NCBI GenBank assembly: GCA_010909165.1
Contig: MU008159.1
Coordinates: 1,612,001 to 1,676,000 of the forward strand
Source: Anthoceros angustus
Taxonomy: Eukaryota; Plantae; Anthocerotophyta
Direction of reading: 5' to 3'
Length of the DNA stretch: 64,000 nucleotides
Shown piece by piece: positions 28,201-43,007 of this stretch (the stretch's first letter is position 1; the number at the start of each line of letters is the position of its first letter). Made by a program: the position numbers and the translations under genes. The notes under the pieces are model-generated. The model was given only the letters and a program-made list of their open reading frames with translations, was not told where the DNA came from and searched no databases.

Positions 28201-30022
28201 GCAAAATGTGCATCACACGAGTTTTAGCTAGGCCAGAGGTGCCGGTGATTCACACGCTGGAGTGGCAGATGTACTACTTGAAGTCAGCCAGGGAGTTGAT
28301 CAGGATCGACGGCACTACCAAGGCCCCAATCATCCAGCACTACGGAGAGACCATAGCTGGTGCTACCACAATCCGGGCTTTCGGGAAGGAGGAGAGCTTC
28401 ATGCGAAGGACCCTGGAGCTGGTGGACGCCAACTCCAACACCTCCTTCCACAGCTTTTCTGCTCTGCAATGGCTCACACTCCGAGTCGAGTTTCTGTCAG
28501 CAGTTGTTGTACTGAGCTCTGCTCTGGCACTGGTGATCTTCATCGACCACATCGACCCAGGTAAGCCCTCTTCAGGCTTGCCGATTGCAAGGAGCCTGGC
28601 AACGAGACAGCACAGGTCGTGCCATGAATGGTTCTACCTAGTAAGTTCTGGCACTGCCCTGCACAGGAATGGCTGGACTGGCAGTGTCATACGCGCTGAG
28701 CATGGGTGGAATCCTAGTGTTCAGTGTGATGAATCAGTGCACAGCTGCAAACCAAGTAGTTGCCGTGGAGAGAATCCGACAGTACCTGAGCATTCCGAGC
28801 GAGGCTCCGGCCGTGATTCCAAACTCTGTGCCACACAACTGGCCGACGTCCGGTGAAGTTGTGCTGGAGAATCTACAGGTCTGCTGCATCTCCCGGTCAC
28901 TTGTTCCAGGCCTCCTCTCTTGCCCGTCAGACATCAAGTCCTGAGACAATCCAGCACTTCCTGCTGCTGCGCTGACAGGTTCGCTACCGACCCAACGCTC
29001 CCCTCATTCTGCACGGCATCTCCTGCACCCTGACGGGCGGGGAGCGGGTGGGTGTGGTGGGCCGCACCGGCAGCGGCAAGTCTACTCTCATCGCCGCTCT
29101 GTTCCGCCTGGTGGAAGCGACGGGCGGCAGAATCCTCATAGACGGGGTGGACATCGCCACCGTCGGCCTTCACGACCTCCGCTCCAGACTGGCCATCATC
29201 CCCCAAGACCCAGCTCTCTTCCGCGGCACAGTGCGCTTCAACCTGGACCCCCTCTCCCAGTACCAGGACGCGGAGCTGTGGCAGGTACCCAGTCTTTCCT
29301 GCCTGCTGCCCTGCCCTCCTCACGCATCACCTCCAACAGTGCTGACTTGCCTGTGTGAAAAACCCTTCTCAGGCCTTGGACGCATGCCAGCTCGGGGATA
29401 CCATCCGTGCCAAGCCCGGACTCCTGGATTCCGAAGGTGGGCCTGAGCTTGTGTGCCAACACCGTACACCACCGCCCGCAGCTGCAGCATCCTTTATGTT
29501 TCCAATCGGCACTGACGCCATGCCCGTCGCTTGTCTCACTCGCAGTTGGAGACGATGGTGAAAACTGGAGCGTGGGGCAGAGGCAACTCTTCTGCCTCGG
29601 CCGTGTGCTGCTCAGGCAGTGCCGCATTCTGGTGCTGGATGAAGCAACCGCATCCATCGACAACACCACCGACGCCATCCTCCAGAGGGTCATCCGCATG
29701 GCCTTCCGAGGCTGCACGGTGATCACAGTAGCCCACCGCATCCCCACCGTCGTGGACAGTGACAAGATCATGGCCTTGAGCGACGGTAGCCCAAAACATT
29801 CACAAGTTCGTTTTCGTTTGTTGCTTTACTGCTGAGACTGCCATGCTTACAGTTCTCACCGTGTCGTGAACAGGCAAACTGATGGAGTTGGACTCGCCCT
29901 CAAATCTTCTGGGCAGCGCCAAGGAGAGTTCGTTATTTGCGAGGCTCGTTGCAGAGTACTGGGCCAGCCACACACAAGGACATCCAAGCCATGATCCAAT
30001 TTCGTCAACACCTTCCTTGTGA
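25222..30022 (+). CDS. ABCC: ABC transporter C family, short form lacking TMD0; tandem paralogue of the upstream gene
   Basis: Starts MGKLAEPLL; same domain motifs ([38 protein letters not shown]) and same intron positions as the upstream copy; stop TGA at 30020-30022. Confidence 0.93.
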
Positions 30023-30392
30023 TAATGTCACTCAGATGCCACCTTTGGCCTTTGCCTGGCCTGGTGTTGATAGCTCAGCGGCAGTTCATCCATCTTCAAG
30101 GCTCTATAATTGTGTTCCAGTCAAGCCGCACTACAGTTCCCTGGTGAAGAAACGGCCACGCCAAAGTGCATGCACTGCGGCCTCACTTTTCTTGCGGAGA
30201 GGCGCTGTGTGGGATCTTTCAAACAGAGTGCCATCCTCATCCATCTCCATCTCTTTCCGGATTTCCTGACACATGATATTCTGTGGCAGACTTGGCTGAT
30301 ACGTAGCGTCGGTAATCGCAAGATCTGCGAAGCGCATAAAGTGAAACAGGCCGTTACCGTTGGCAAAGTCCCGGCCCTGTGAGTGCGGACGC

Positions 30393-31941
30393 ATGGCGAG
30401 CCTTGGGCAGCCCCTCCTCCCGCCCGCCCTGGACGACGACCATGCCCTCCTAAACCCCAACCCCTCCTTCCACAGCTCAGCTTCTCTGCAGTGGTTGATT
30501 CTGCGGGTGGAGCTTCTTTCACCACTTGTCCTTCTCAGGTCGGCTCTGACACTGATTGCTCGATCGACCACATCAGCCCTGGTGAGCCTTTCCTCCGGCT
30601 TTATTGAGCTGCACTGTGGAAAGAAGAAAATAATCCGAGCAAGATGTCACCGTGCTGCTCCACTGCGATCACGATACAGAGTTTGCATGCTCTTCTCCCT
30701 GTGCAGGAATGGCTGGAATGGCGATTTCCTATGCCCTGAGTCTGAACGGAGCTCAGGTATTCACTGTGATGAACCAGTGCGCAGCAGCAGACCAGATCGT
30801 TGCTGTGGAACGCATCCGGCAATACTAGCGCATCCCAAGCGAGGCCCCGGCTGTCATTCCACAGTCATTTTCGGAGCCTTGGCCACTGTCCGGTGAAGTT
30901 GTTCTGGAGAACCTACAGGTTTGCAAGCAACATCCTGTTCCCCACATGACTTCAAAGATTGTGCACCCATGGCCAACAAGGACGTGCCCTGTTGTGATTG
31001 CAGGTGCGGTACCGTCCCAAGGCTCCCCTCGTTCTGCACGGCATCAGCTGCACCTTCAAGGGGGGAGAAAGGGTGGGAATTGTAGGCCGCACAGGCAGCG
31101 GCAAATCCACTCTCATCAGCGCCCTGTTCCGGCTAGTGGAACCCGCCGGTGGCAGAATCCTCATCGACGGAGTCGACATCACCACCGTCGGCCTGCATGA
31201 CCTGCGATCCAGACTAGCCATCATCCCCCAAGACCCAGCTCTATTCCGTGGGACAGTGCGGTTCAACCTGGATCCTCTGCCCCAGTACAAAGACGTGGAG
31301 ATTTGGGAGGTACTCCACCACACACACCTTCCACTCAGAGACGAAGGATGTGTCAAGCAGTTTTGATGTAACTGTCGTGTGCACACCAGGCCCTCTACTA
31401 TCCGTGCGAAAGCGGGGCAACTGGACTCTGAAGGTGTGCAGCACGATGGAGAGAATTGGAGCGTGGGTAAGCGACAACTATTCTGCCTTGGCCGTGTGCT
31501 CCTCAGACACAGCCGAATCCTAGTCCTAGATGAAGCAACGGCATCCATTGACAACAACACCAACTCCATCCTTGAGAAGGACATCAGGAAGGCTTTCCAT
31601 GGCTGCACAGTCATCACCGTGGCCCATCGCATCCCCACCGTGGTGAACAGTGACAAAATCCTGGCCTCAAGTGACAGTAAGCTGCCAAAGCCATGCTTAA
31701 TATTCCTCTAAGCAAGATCTTCAGAGGCCATTGCTGAAGCTGTATCCTTGTTCTGATAACCCTGCGTCGCGTAGCTAGTCAGCTAATAGAATTCAACACG
31801 CCCTCGGAGCTGCTGCCCAAGAAAGACTCGTTGTTCGCCAGGCTAGTGGCAGCGTATTGGCCTGCCATACGTGATGTGCCTTATGACCATCACCCAATGA
31901 AATCTAAGCAAAGCTTAATTGGGAGTATCAACAATATCTAA
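30393..31941 (+). pseudogene. Internally deleted ABCC copy (N-terminal peptide fused to late TMD2 plus NBD2)
   Basis: MASLGQPLL... joins directly to SFHSSASLQWLILRVE. In-frame TAG at about 30826 where the paralogue continues (RQY-L). Degraded late exons. Confidence 0.85.
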
Positions 31942-32459
31942 TTGATGTATGCAACAAAACCCACAAAAGAGGGCTTCCTCCTCGGGGGACGAGAAAGCCC
32001 TCTTTGCCTTCTTGCTCCGTCTTTGCTTTTACAGCTGACGAGGCATCCTGGAGTCATAGAGAAGGGCGTATGTAGAATAAACCGAATCTCCTAGGAGCTG
32101 TAGCAAACCGCGCTTCCACAGTACAAACAAGAAAGGATTGTATTCCTACAAGGTACCAGTCTGGACAACATGCACGCACCCAAAATATGGTGTGCCTTTT
32201 AGCGCACACAGCATGCACGAGTCTCAAAAAACGTCCAAATGCCAAACTTCCCTTACCACGGAAATCAGATATACATCAAAGAAACGGATGATCGTCCTTG
32301 GTACCTTAGAAGGCAATCCTATGCACATACTTTCTGACTACATACATACCTAGGTCTGTGCATCGCCAAGCAAAATATGTAAAAACAGACGATCTGTACT
32401 GCACACACGCATACGGTGAATCATGGCCTTCTTTGGTACTAAACCCCCAAAGTTATCAT

Positions 32460-32655
32460 GGAGACGTGATAAAACATGCACAGACGGGAAGTCCCATCCC
32501 ATCTACACCGAGACTTTATAAAACAGGCACAGATGGGAAGTCCCATCTACAACGAGACTTTCTAAAACATGCAGAGATGGCAAGTCCCATCTATACCGAG
32601 GCGGTGGGGAATAACCCACCAGCGGGTCCCAGGCCAAGGGGAACTAGCCCCCGAA
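32460..32655 (-). repeat. Copy of the hairpin-rich dispersed repeat, with 3 tandem ~42-bp hairpin modules
   Basis: Minus strand: CTAGTTCCCCTTGGCCTGGGACCC, GGTGGG-TTATTC-CCCACC, then three copies of AGATGGGACTTCCCATCT-like...AAAGTCTC. Confidence 0.8.
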
Positions 32656-32782
32656 CTACCTAAGTACATATGAATGCAGGTAATAAGTTGGAACCATCAT
32701 CCGGTCACTAATTCAGAGAAGGACATAACTCCAGGGTGCATAGGGAGAGATGCTCGGCGGAGAGCGGGCACACCATGCCCTC

Positions 32783-33085
32783 CTAGCTGTCCAAGTAATT
32801 GGCTGCCATCATCAGCTCCAGAGTCATCTCCGGCTCGATGTGGAATTCTGTCTCCTTGCCAGCCGCATATTGTAGCGACCAGTAGAAATATTGGCAGACC
32901 TTCTCCAAAATGTGAGTGCTTATCTCCGGGAATCTCACTTCTCCCAGTTCTGTCTCGGTGAAGGCTCCAGCAGATGTTAACATGTTCTTGAGCGTGTTGG
33001 AGACCAGGGCTGCTTTTCTGTCGATCACGAACTCAAACCCCTCCGCGCTGATGAGCTTCACGGTGTCCGCTTTTTTGAGTGCCAT
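32783..33085 (-). CDS. ELOC: Elongin C (Skp1/BTB-like), intronless CDS, 100 aa
   Basis: VKLISAEGFEFVIDRKAALVSNTLKNML...FPEISTHILEKVCQYFYW...EFHIEPEMTLELMMAANYLDS. Confidence 0.96.
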   Translation of the reverse strand: MALKKADTVKLISAEGFEFVIDRKAALVSNTLKNMLTSAGAFTETELGEVRFPEISTHILEKVCQYFYWSLQYAAGKETEFHIEPEMTLELMMAANYLDS

Positions 33086-33834
33086 CTTCCGCGGTGACTC
33101 CAGGCAACCTTACAACAATCCGTTCCCTGCCATCCCACAGTTGCCAAAGCATCAGCGAAGGAAAAAAAACATCCCATCCTCCGAAAGCACAAACCCCCTC
33201 CCTCCGTCTAAAATCCCCGTCGGCCGCTACAAATCCCCGGCAACTTCATCAAAACCACCAGGCATAACGAGAGGCGATGTGCTCTGCCCCTGCCGTGCCT
33301 CTAACCTAACGATAGAGCCGCAAACAAGTCGCTCCGCAGACAGCGTCAGCAACAAGGATTGCACAATCAAAGTGACAGCTTACCAACCCGCGCTAAGACA
33401 GCCTCAAGCCTGATGAATTGCGGAGCGTGGTGAAGGAACGTTGCGTAGAACCGCAGGCGGATTCCACATGCCGGCAACCGGCCGCGCGGAGATGCAGAAA
33501 AACAGTAATTTAGAAGCCCAATAAGATGTTATATAGGTATGAATTGTACCGAAAAGAAACAGAATCGAGGGTCATTCATGGGACCGAGAACCCGGGTTGG
33601 AACTTGGCATATGGGACTCTTTTCTCGGTATAATATATACCGTTGCATCCTCATTATATATGGACCTATACAGTATGTCGACTAAGGGTTCCCGCCAAAT
33701 TACACTTTGGTTGCCGCACCAGCATCAAGTCCTCAAGGCTCAATGGCGGGCCGCAGAAGAAGCTGGCCCAGCGGTAGCCGCAGCCTCATGGCGACGTGAC
33801 CCCGCGGGGGGTGTGTCCAGGGAGCGCGTCGGTC

Positions 33835-37424
<3,590 letters not shown>

Positions 37425-38112
37425 ACGGTTATTATTCTTTGATGATGTACAGGTATGCCTGCACCTTGTCTTCTTTAGGGTGGACTCTAATATTCCCAGA
37501 ACGAAAACCCTCTTTGTTTTGACAAGAAGGTAGTAAAGGATAAGCCCTTTGCACTGTCTAACCCCAGACGCCCAAGATTCTGAATGGCATACTTTTAGAT
37601 CTTTGATGGGGTCTCCCCATCATCTCTCCTCCCTCTATGAAGTTTTCTTTCAGATGATGGATGATGGAGGCTTTCGCCACAGAAGGTTCACTTTTGCCAT
37701 CGCCGAGAATATCCCGTTCCAGAATTGCCCACCAAATCTTTTGTTGACAGCCATCGAGTCGTGCCTGCGTGGCCTACTCTGTGCCATCAGATCTCTGGTT
37801 CCTCCTTGTGCCTTGTGCCCTTGTGCCCTTGCGCGCCAGCTCGGGGTAAGGGCGGATTCGCATGTCACTTGGCACTCCACTTGGTCCGGTAACCGGGTAA
37901 TCACGGCTCGCATGACAGACGCCTTTTAGGGCGGCTTCGCATGCTTCCGTACTTCCGTATGCGGACGTGGCATCGGTCACCCGACAGCCAAGTTATGTAC
38001 CTTTTCGTATTCCTACCTGAAGATTAGGATTTCGTCCGCAAGAACGGGTAGGTGGCTTTCTTCAAGATACTTCCAACGCGGGGAACATAGCATCTTCACC
38101 TCTGGTTGTTAG

Positions 38113-38256
38113 CGGGCTCTTCCTTATTTCAGACTATAACATCTTGGGAGCCGGGAACGTTCGCAGGGCCTAGTCCCTTGGCCTGGGTCCTTAGAGGCTA
38201 TTTTTATGGATTTAATGTAGATAAGATTTTCTAATCTTTATATATTTATAAAGTCT
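38113..38256 (+). repeat. Decayed copy of the dispersed CTAGTCCCTTGGCC repeat family
   Basis: GGGCTCTTCCTTATTTCAGACTATAACATCTTGGG...CTAGTCCCTTGGCCTGGGTCC...GTAGAT...ATAAAGTCT; same module order as at 11.9-12.4 kb. Confidence 0.7.
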
Positions 38257-40595
38257 ATATACTCACATAAAAAATAATAAATAGTTTAAGTTTTATATGG
38301 ATTAAGAACTCACACAAGGTAATGACAATGACACACGCTACCCAACTCATACCTGATAATACCAACAAATTTTCTTCTCCGTATCAAAGAACTCGGAAAG
38401 AGTGCTACTAGATCATGGCAGGACTAAAAAAAGGTGATATAAATCCATTGAACCCACGGTCCAATGCATCTTTTCAAGAAATGAAACTTAATACAAATTC
38501 AATTATTTTGGTCCAACATACCTGATTTAGTACCAAGTCCAATGATGGAAATTATGTGCAAGTGGACTACAATAAAATTCTTCTTCTTCTATAAGTAAAA
38601 ACTAGAGAGTTCAGCTTATAAAACGAAGGTGTGTTTACACTGAACGTCTTGGGTATCACCCTAGGTTTCTACATAGAATTGTCCTACTTGGTAATGAATC
38701 ATTAACTACAAGACCTTAAAAATTATAATATAATACATAAAATATTAATATATATACAAAAACGAGTACATATTCTCAACACGATATATATGAGAGATAG
38801 AAACGATCTCATATTCATAATCTATGTACATACAAAGATGGATGAATTACTTATGTATATATACAACATATAATATTTTATTTTATAGAACATGATGTAT
38901 TAATACAAGTGTAATTCTATTCAATAAATGGGTAGTTTTGCGCAAAGAATCCCATTTGTTGACTTAGTGGGACAACATAAATTTCTAACATTCCCAATTC
39001 CAAGATGATGAAACAAGGTTTATAATCCTATGGGAGATAATCACCAAGTAGTTCAAGGACAATCATCCTGTATTCATAACTAAAGCATTGTACAAACTAG
39101 TATAAGTATGATATAGATCTAGGTTATCATAAATAATTATGTTTTAATAAGTACTATATAATTAAAAAAATTACCCCATTTGTTTGCGCTGCTGGACAAG
39201 CTTGCTGGAGCAGTAGCAGAAGGGCGGGCTTTAACCATGGTTTTAGAGTAAGTCAAATTTGCCCAAAACAGTTCTGGTTTATAGTTCACTAACTGCTTCA
39301 TGGCGCTTGCCGCTGTGATGGCGCTTGCCTCTGTGAGTAGACTGTAGGGTGCTTTACTTCCGCCGACAGCTGACTGTACATATATTTAGGCCAGCTGCCT
39401 ACAGCTGTCTCCTGCCGCAAAAGGAGGAGGCATCACTTGCACCTGACAGAGGCACTCGTGCACAAAAGTGACGACCCTGATGAGGGCCTGCTTCCGGGAA
39501 AGCAACGGAAAATGGGAGAGGTTCTCACTTCTCCCCCCTATGTGGAGAAAGCAGGTGATCGTCAGGCTTGCTTATCGTGCTAAACATTCACCTAGGTTAG
39601 TAGAGCTGGTTCATTGAACTCTCCAGTGCACACGAGGTTTGTAGACCGAGATCTGTAACCCTGCAGACTCTTCCTGAAGTCCTAAATCCTACAGATGAAC
39701 TATAGGCGGGGGCACGTAAGCCTGTTCAGGTCGTTAAGAGCTCGACTTGATCGGTACTGTGGCAGGCCATGCAGGCCAGTCCTGGTGTGGAAGCTGCTCC
39801 TGAAAGTGGCTCATGGTTTGTCTTGACTCTGCTTTCTCACAGATGCACAGTGGCAGGCTACGAAAGCCTGATCTGACTGTGGTATTGTGTGATTGCAGCT
39901 TCTTTCACTACAAATCAATTGAGTGCCTGGTGTCATGGCCCTTCCGAGGCATAGTGAGCGAACGAAACAAGTGTAACAGCCCTCCTGGTATTGTGCAATT
40001 TTAGCAGCTGGGTGTGCTCCTACTACCTGGTAGTGTGCAATTGTAGCTAGGTGTGACCAGGATCCTTGGAGACAGGGGCCAGCCTGGACGGCGCCCAAGT
40101 ACGTCATGCGAGTACCACGTCCTTGAACGGCCACTGTATTCCACCTCGTGATCCTCAAACCGGAGTTGGAGGGAGACCTTGCTTCCCCCGTAGGAGGCTA
40201 CAGTGATTCCCCACATCCCGGCACCCTCAGAGATTCAGACTTGCAAACCGCAGGAACGTGCTGATGAGATCCTCCACAGCTTCCAGAATGGCCAGAAGAC
40301 GCTCTGACTCTGGATAGCATACCCCAATTTTTGGGATTGCCTGGAGCGCAGGCAGCGGAGGTGGGTCCGCATTCTCCCAAAGCCCGGACCCCGGTCTGCT
40401 CGAGTCCTCGCCCTGGTCTCTGCGGCTCTCCGAGTCCTGACCCACGTCCAATGTCCTTAGTGCAGTAGCTCGCTTGCAGATATTTGGTGAGAGGGAGTCA
40501 GCCTTATCTCAGACTGCAAATTTCAAAATGTTAGAAAAGCATGAAAACACGAGAACAGAGTGCCTTACGCTTAGAAAAAAAGAGGAGTGCCCGCC

Positions 40596-40603
40596 CACGT
40601 GTC
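40596..40603 (+). promoter_or_regulatory. G-box/ABRE (CACGTGTC) upstream of the inferred LLP leader exons
   Basis: Motif match only; further CACGTG sites at about 41312 and 41466. Confidence 0.3.
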
Positions 40604-41807
40604 AGGAGACAGCCTTGCGAAGTCCCATAGATGCGATCCTGCCTGTGACCTGGCCCTCGGGAGACGGAAGCTGCGCTTGCGGAATTGCTTCCTTCTTGCT
40701 GCTTCCCAAGTGCTCTACATGTATGCTTTCTTCCTCCTGCCACTATCACGGCACCGCCGCGCTATCCAGGTAAGGCAAGGGAAGGGCAGGGAAGGGAAGG
40801 GAAAGGAAGCGAGGGGAAAGAGAGCGTTCTTTACTCAGGCTGGGATTCGTCTGCACTCCACGGCCGACCGCCTCCTTCGCCTTGCGCCGGTGATTCTTAT
40901 TGTCCATCATTCTGTCTGTGGTCCTGTCCTGTGAGCCTGTGTGCCTGTGTGCCTGTGTGCTAACAAACTGCCTCCGCCATCCCCCTTGGTAAACCAGCTC
41001 CCCCGTCAGCCCTGCTCCAAGTCCTGCTTGTGTGGCAGAGGCCTCTATAGTGGGGAGTCTCGGGTTCCCCTTGCAATGTATGTATGCGTGTTGGGCTGCG
41101 TGTTTGTCCGGCCAGGAGGCAGGCCAGGGCAGAGGCAGTTGGTGAGGTTTGTGGGTTCTGGTTTTATGTGGAAGCCATGGCATGTGGGCAGGGCACAGTC
41201 TGCTTGTGCTGCGGTGTCGGTGACTGCGCCTGGACGCGTGCTCAAGTTCTCTCTCCTCTCGGAAGCAGGAAATGGCGTCGCGGAGATGAAGCCTGTGTGA
41301 GCAAGGCGTAGCACGTGACGGAGGCAGAGGCAAAGGATCGATCCAGCACGAATCGGATTGCAGGCTACCAAGACGCGGCATTCGTTCAGGTAATTGTCTT
41401 GTCGCTGTCACCAAACTTCTTGCTGGCCGTCCGGTTGGGCGCGCGCTGGCGGCGCCAGCTGTGGGCACGTGGCCCGCGCTGGTCATGGCTGGGTGTGCGT
41501 ATGTAGCATGATTGAAGCTAATGGCGGGTCGTGACGCTGCTTTTGCGCAGGCCGTGAGGCGGGTGATGGACAAGGCCTCTAAGAGCTTATGTGTTGTGCC
41601 AAAGCAGGGGACGCATAACACGGTCGCTTGTCCTGTTCTGTTACGATTACTCTTACGCCTTACAGGATTCGGCGGCGATGCCATGTCCAGATGAATGAGC
41701 CTGCTGTTCTCCATGCCTGCCTGCTCTCCTGCTTCTCATCAGCTCACTCCGAAATTGTACACGAGGCCAGCTCGACGCAGCAGGTGTTGGAGGGCAGCAC
41801 TCGCCCT

Positions 41808-43007
41808 ATGATTTCCGGAGCAATGGTGGTCGACTCTCTCCGAATGTACAGCGGTGTTGTGATGGACGCATTGCAGCAGCACGACTCCAGCTTCTTCATC
41901 TCGGATCCCAGGCTGCCAGATCACCCCATCATCTACGCCAGCCAGGGCTTTTGTACCATGTCAGGCTTCCTGCATGATGAAGTGGTGGGTCACAAGTTCC
42001 CATTTCTGGACGGACCCGATACCGACAGGGTGACCATGTTGGAAATACGGGATGCCATCAGAGATGAGCAGCCATGCCAGGTCCGGATACTCAACTACAC
42101 CAAGCATGGCAAGCCCATCTCCAATATCTTCCATTTGGTGCCTTTGTATTCGAGACGAGACGGTACTCTTGTCCAGTTTGTGGGACTCTACAGTCCCGTG
42201 TCTCGGATTGCAGAGCGTGTGGATGATTCCCCACGTCTTGCTGGTATCGAGATGGCATTATGGTTGTTTAGTGGACTGTTGGACGACTCAGCTGTCCAGG
42301 AGCTGGACCACAAACGGGTGGAGGCAGGTGCCTGGATAGAGCCCTATCGGCCCTCGTCTCTGGAAGTATCTGCTGAAACAGACTCAGAGGTGCAGGAAGC
42401 AGAAGAAACCAGGGCTCGGAAAGCTGTTCAGTCCGTGATCAGGGAGCTTACAAGGTGTAGTGGAGGGAATGTATCAGAGAAGAGGGGGGTGTCCCTCGAC
42501 GTCAGTGCCGCCCTGGGAGTCGTATGTTCATCTCTGCTTCTGGCATTGAATCGCGTGAAGCAGAGTTTTGTGCTTGTGGATCCTCACTTACCCGACATGC
42601 CCATTGTGCATGCCAGCGAGCTCTTCATTGCTCTTACGGGCTACTCCAGGGCTGAAGTGCTCGGGAGAAACTGTCGGTTTCTGCAGGGTGCAGACACAGA
42701 TGCACTTGCCGTTCAGGAGATTCGGAACTCGGTGAAAGAACACCGGTCCTGTACCGTAGGACTTGTAAACTACAGGAAGGATGGGCAGGCTTTCGGGAAT
42801 CTGCTCCATATATGTCCAATCCGGAACTGCCTTGGAAAGATCGCCTTCTATGCAGGGGTGCAGCTGCCCCTCAATGAATCAGACTGGGAGGCCAGCAAGA
42901 GGAAGGGGCATACTGCTCATCTGAAGCAACTGGGAGCAGTGGGTGCAATCAAAGTTGCTGTTCGCAGTTTACACGGCTCTGGACTGCGACGTGCACGCAA
43001 TGTTTAA
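41808..43007 (+). CDS. PLP: PAS/LOV (LOV/LOV) blue-light photoreceptor, intronless CDS; alternative start 41691
   Basis: Two PAS/LOV domains and no effector domain. LOV1 FFISDPRLPDHPIIYASQGF...GHKFPFLDGPDT has no Cys; LOV2 SFVLVDPHLPDMPIVHAS...GRNCRFLQG is canonical. CSSLLLALNRVKQSF linker and C-terminal GAVGAIKVAVRSL are typical of plant LLP/PLP. Confidence 0.93.
   Translation: MISGAMVVDSLRMYSGVVMDALQQHDSSFFISDPRLPDHPIIYASQGFCTMSGFLHDEVVGHKFPFLDGPDTDRVTMLEIRDAIRDEQPCQVRILNYTKHGKPISNIFHLVPLYSRRDGTLVQFVGLYSPVSRIAERVDDSPRLAGIEMALWLFSGLLDDSAVQELDHKRVEAGAWIEPYRPSSLEVSAETDSEVQEAEETRARKAVQSVIRELTRCSGGNVSEKRGVSLDVSAALGVVCSSLLLALNRVKQSFVLVDPHLPDMPIVHASELFIALTGYSRAEVLGRNCRFLQGADTDALAVQEIRNSVKEHRSCTVGLVNYRKDGQAFGNLLHICPIRNCLGKIAFYAGVQLPLNESDWEASKRKGHTAHLKQLGAVGAIKVAVRSLHGSGLRRARNV

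Noticed and set aside
39200-40460. Possible minus-strand gene divergent from LLP
   Set aside because: Short ORFs in shifting frames with no recognisable domain; a degraded gene or lncRNA cannot be excluded.
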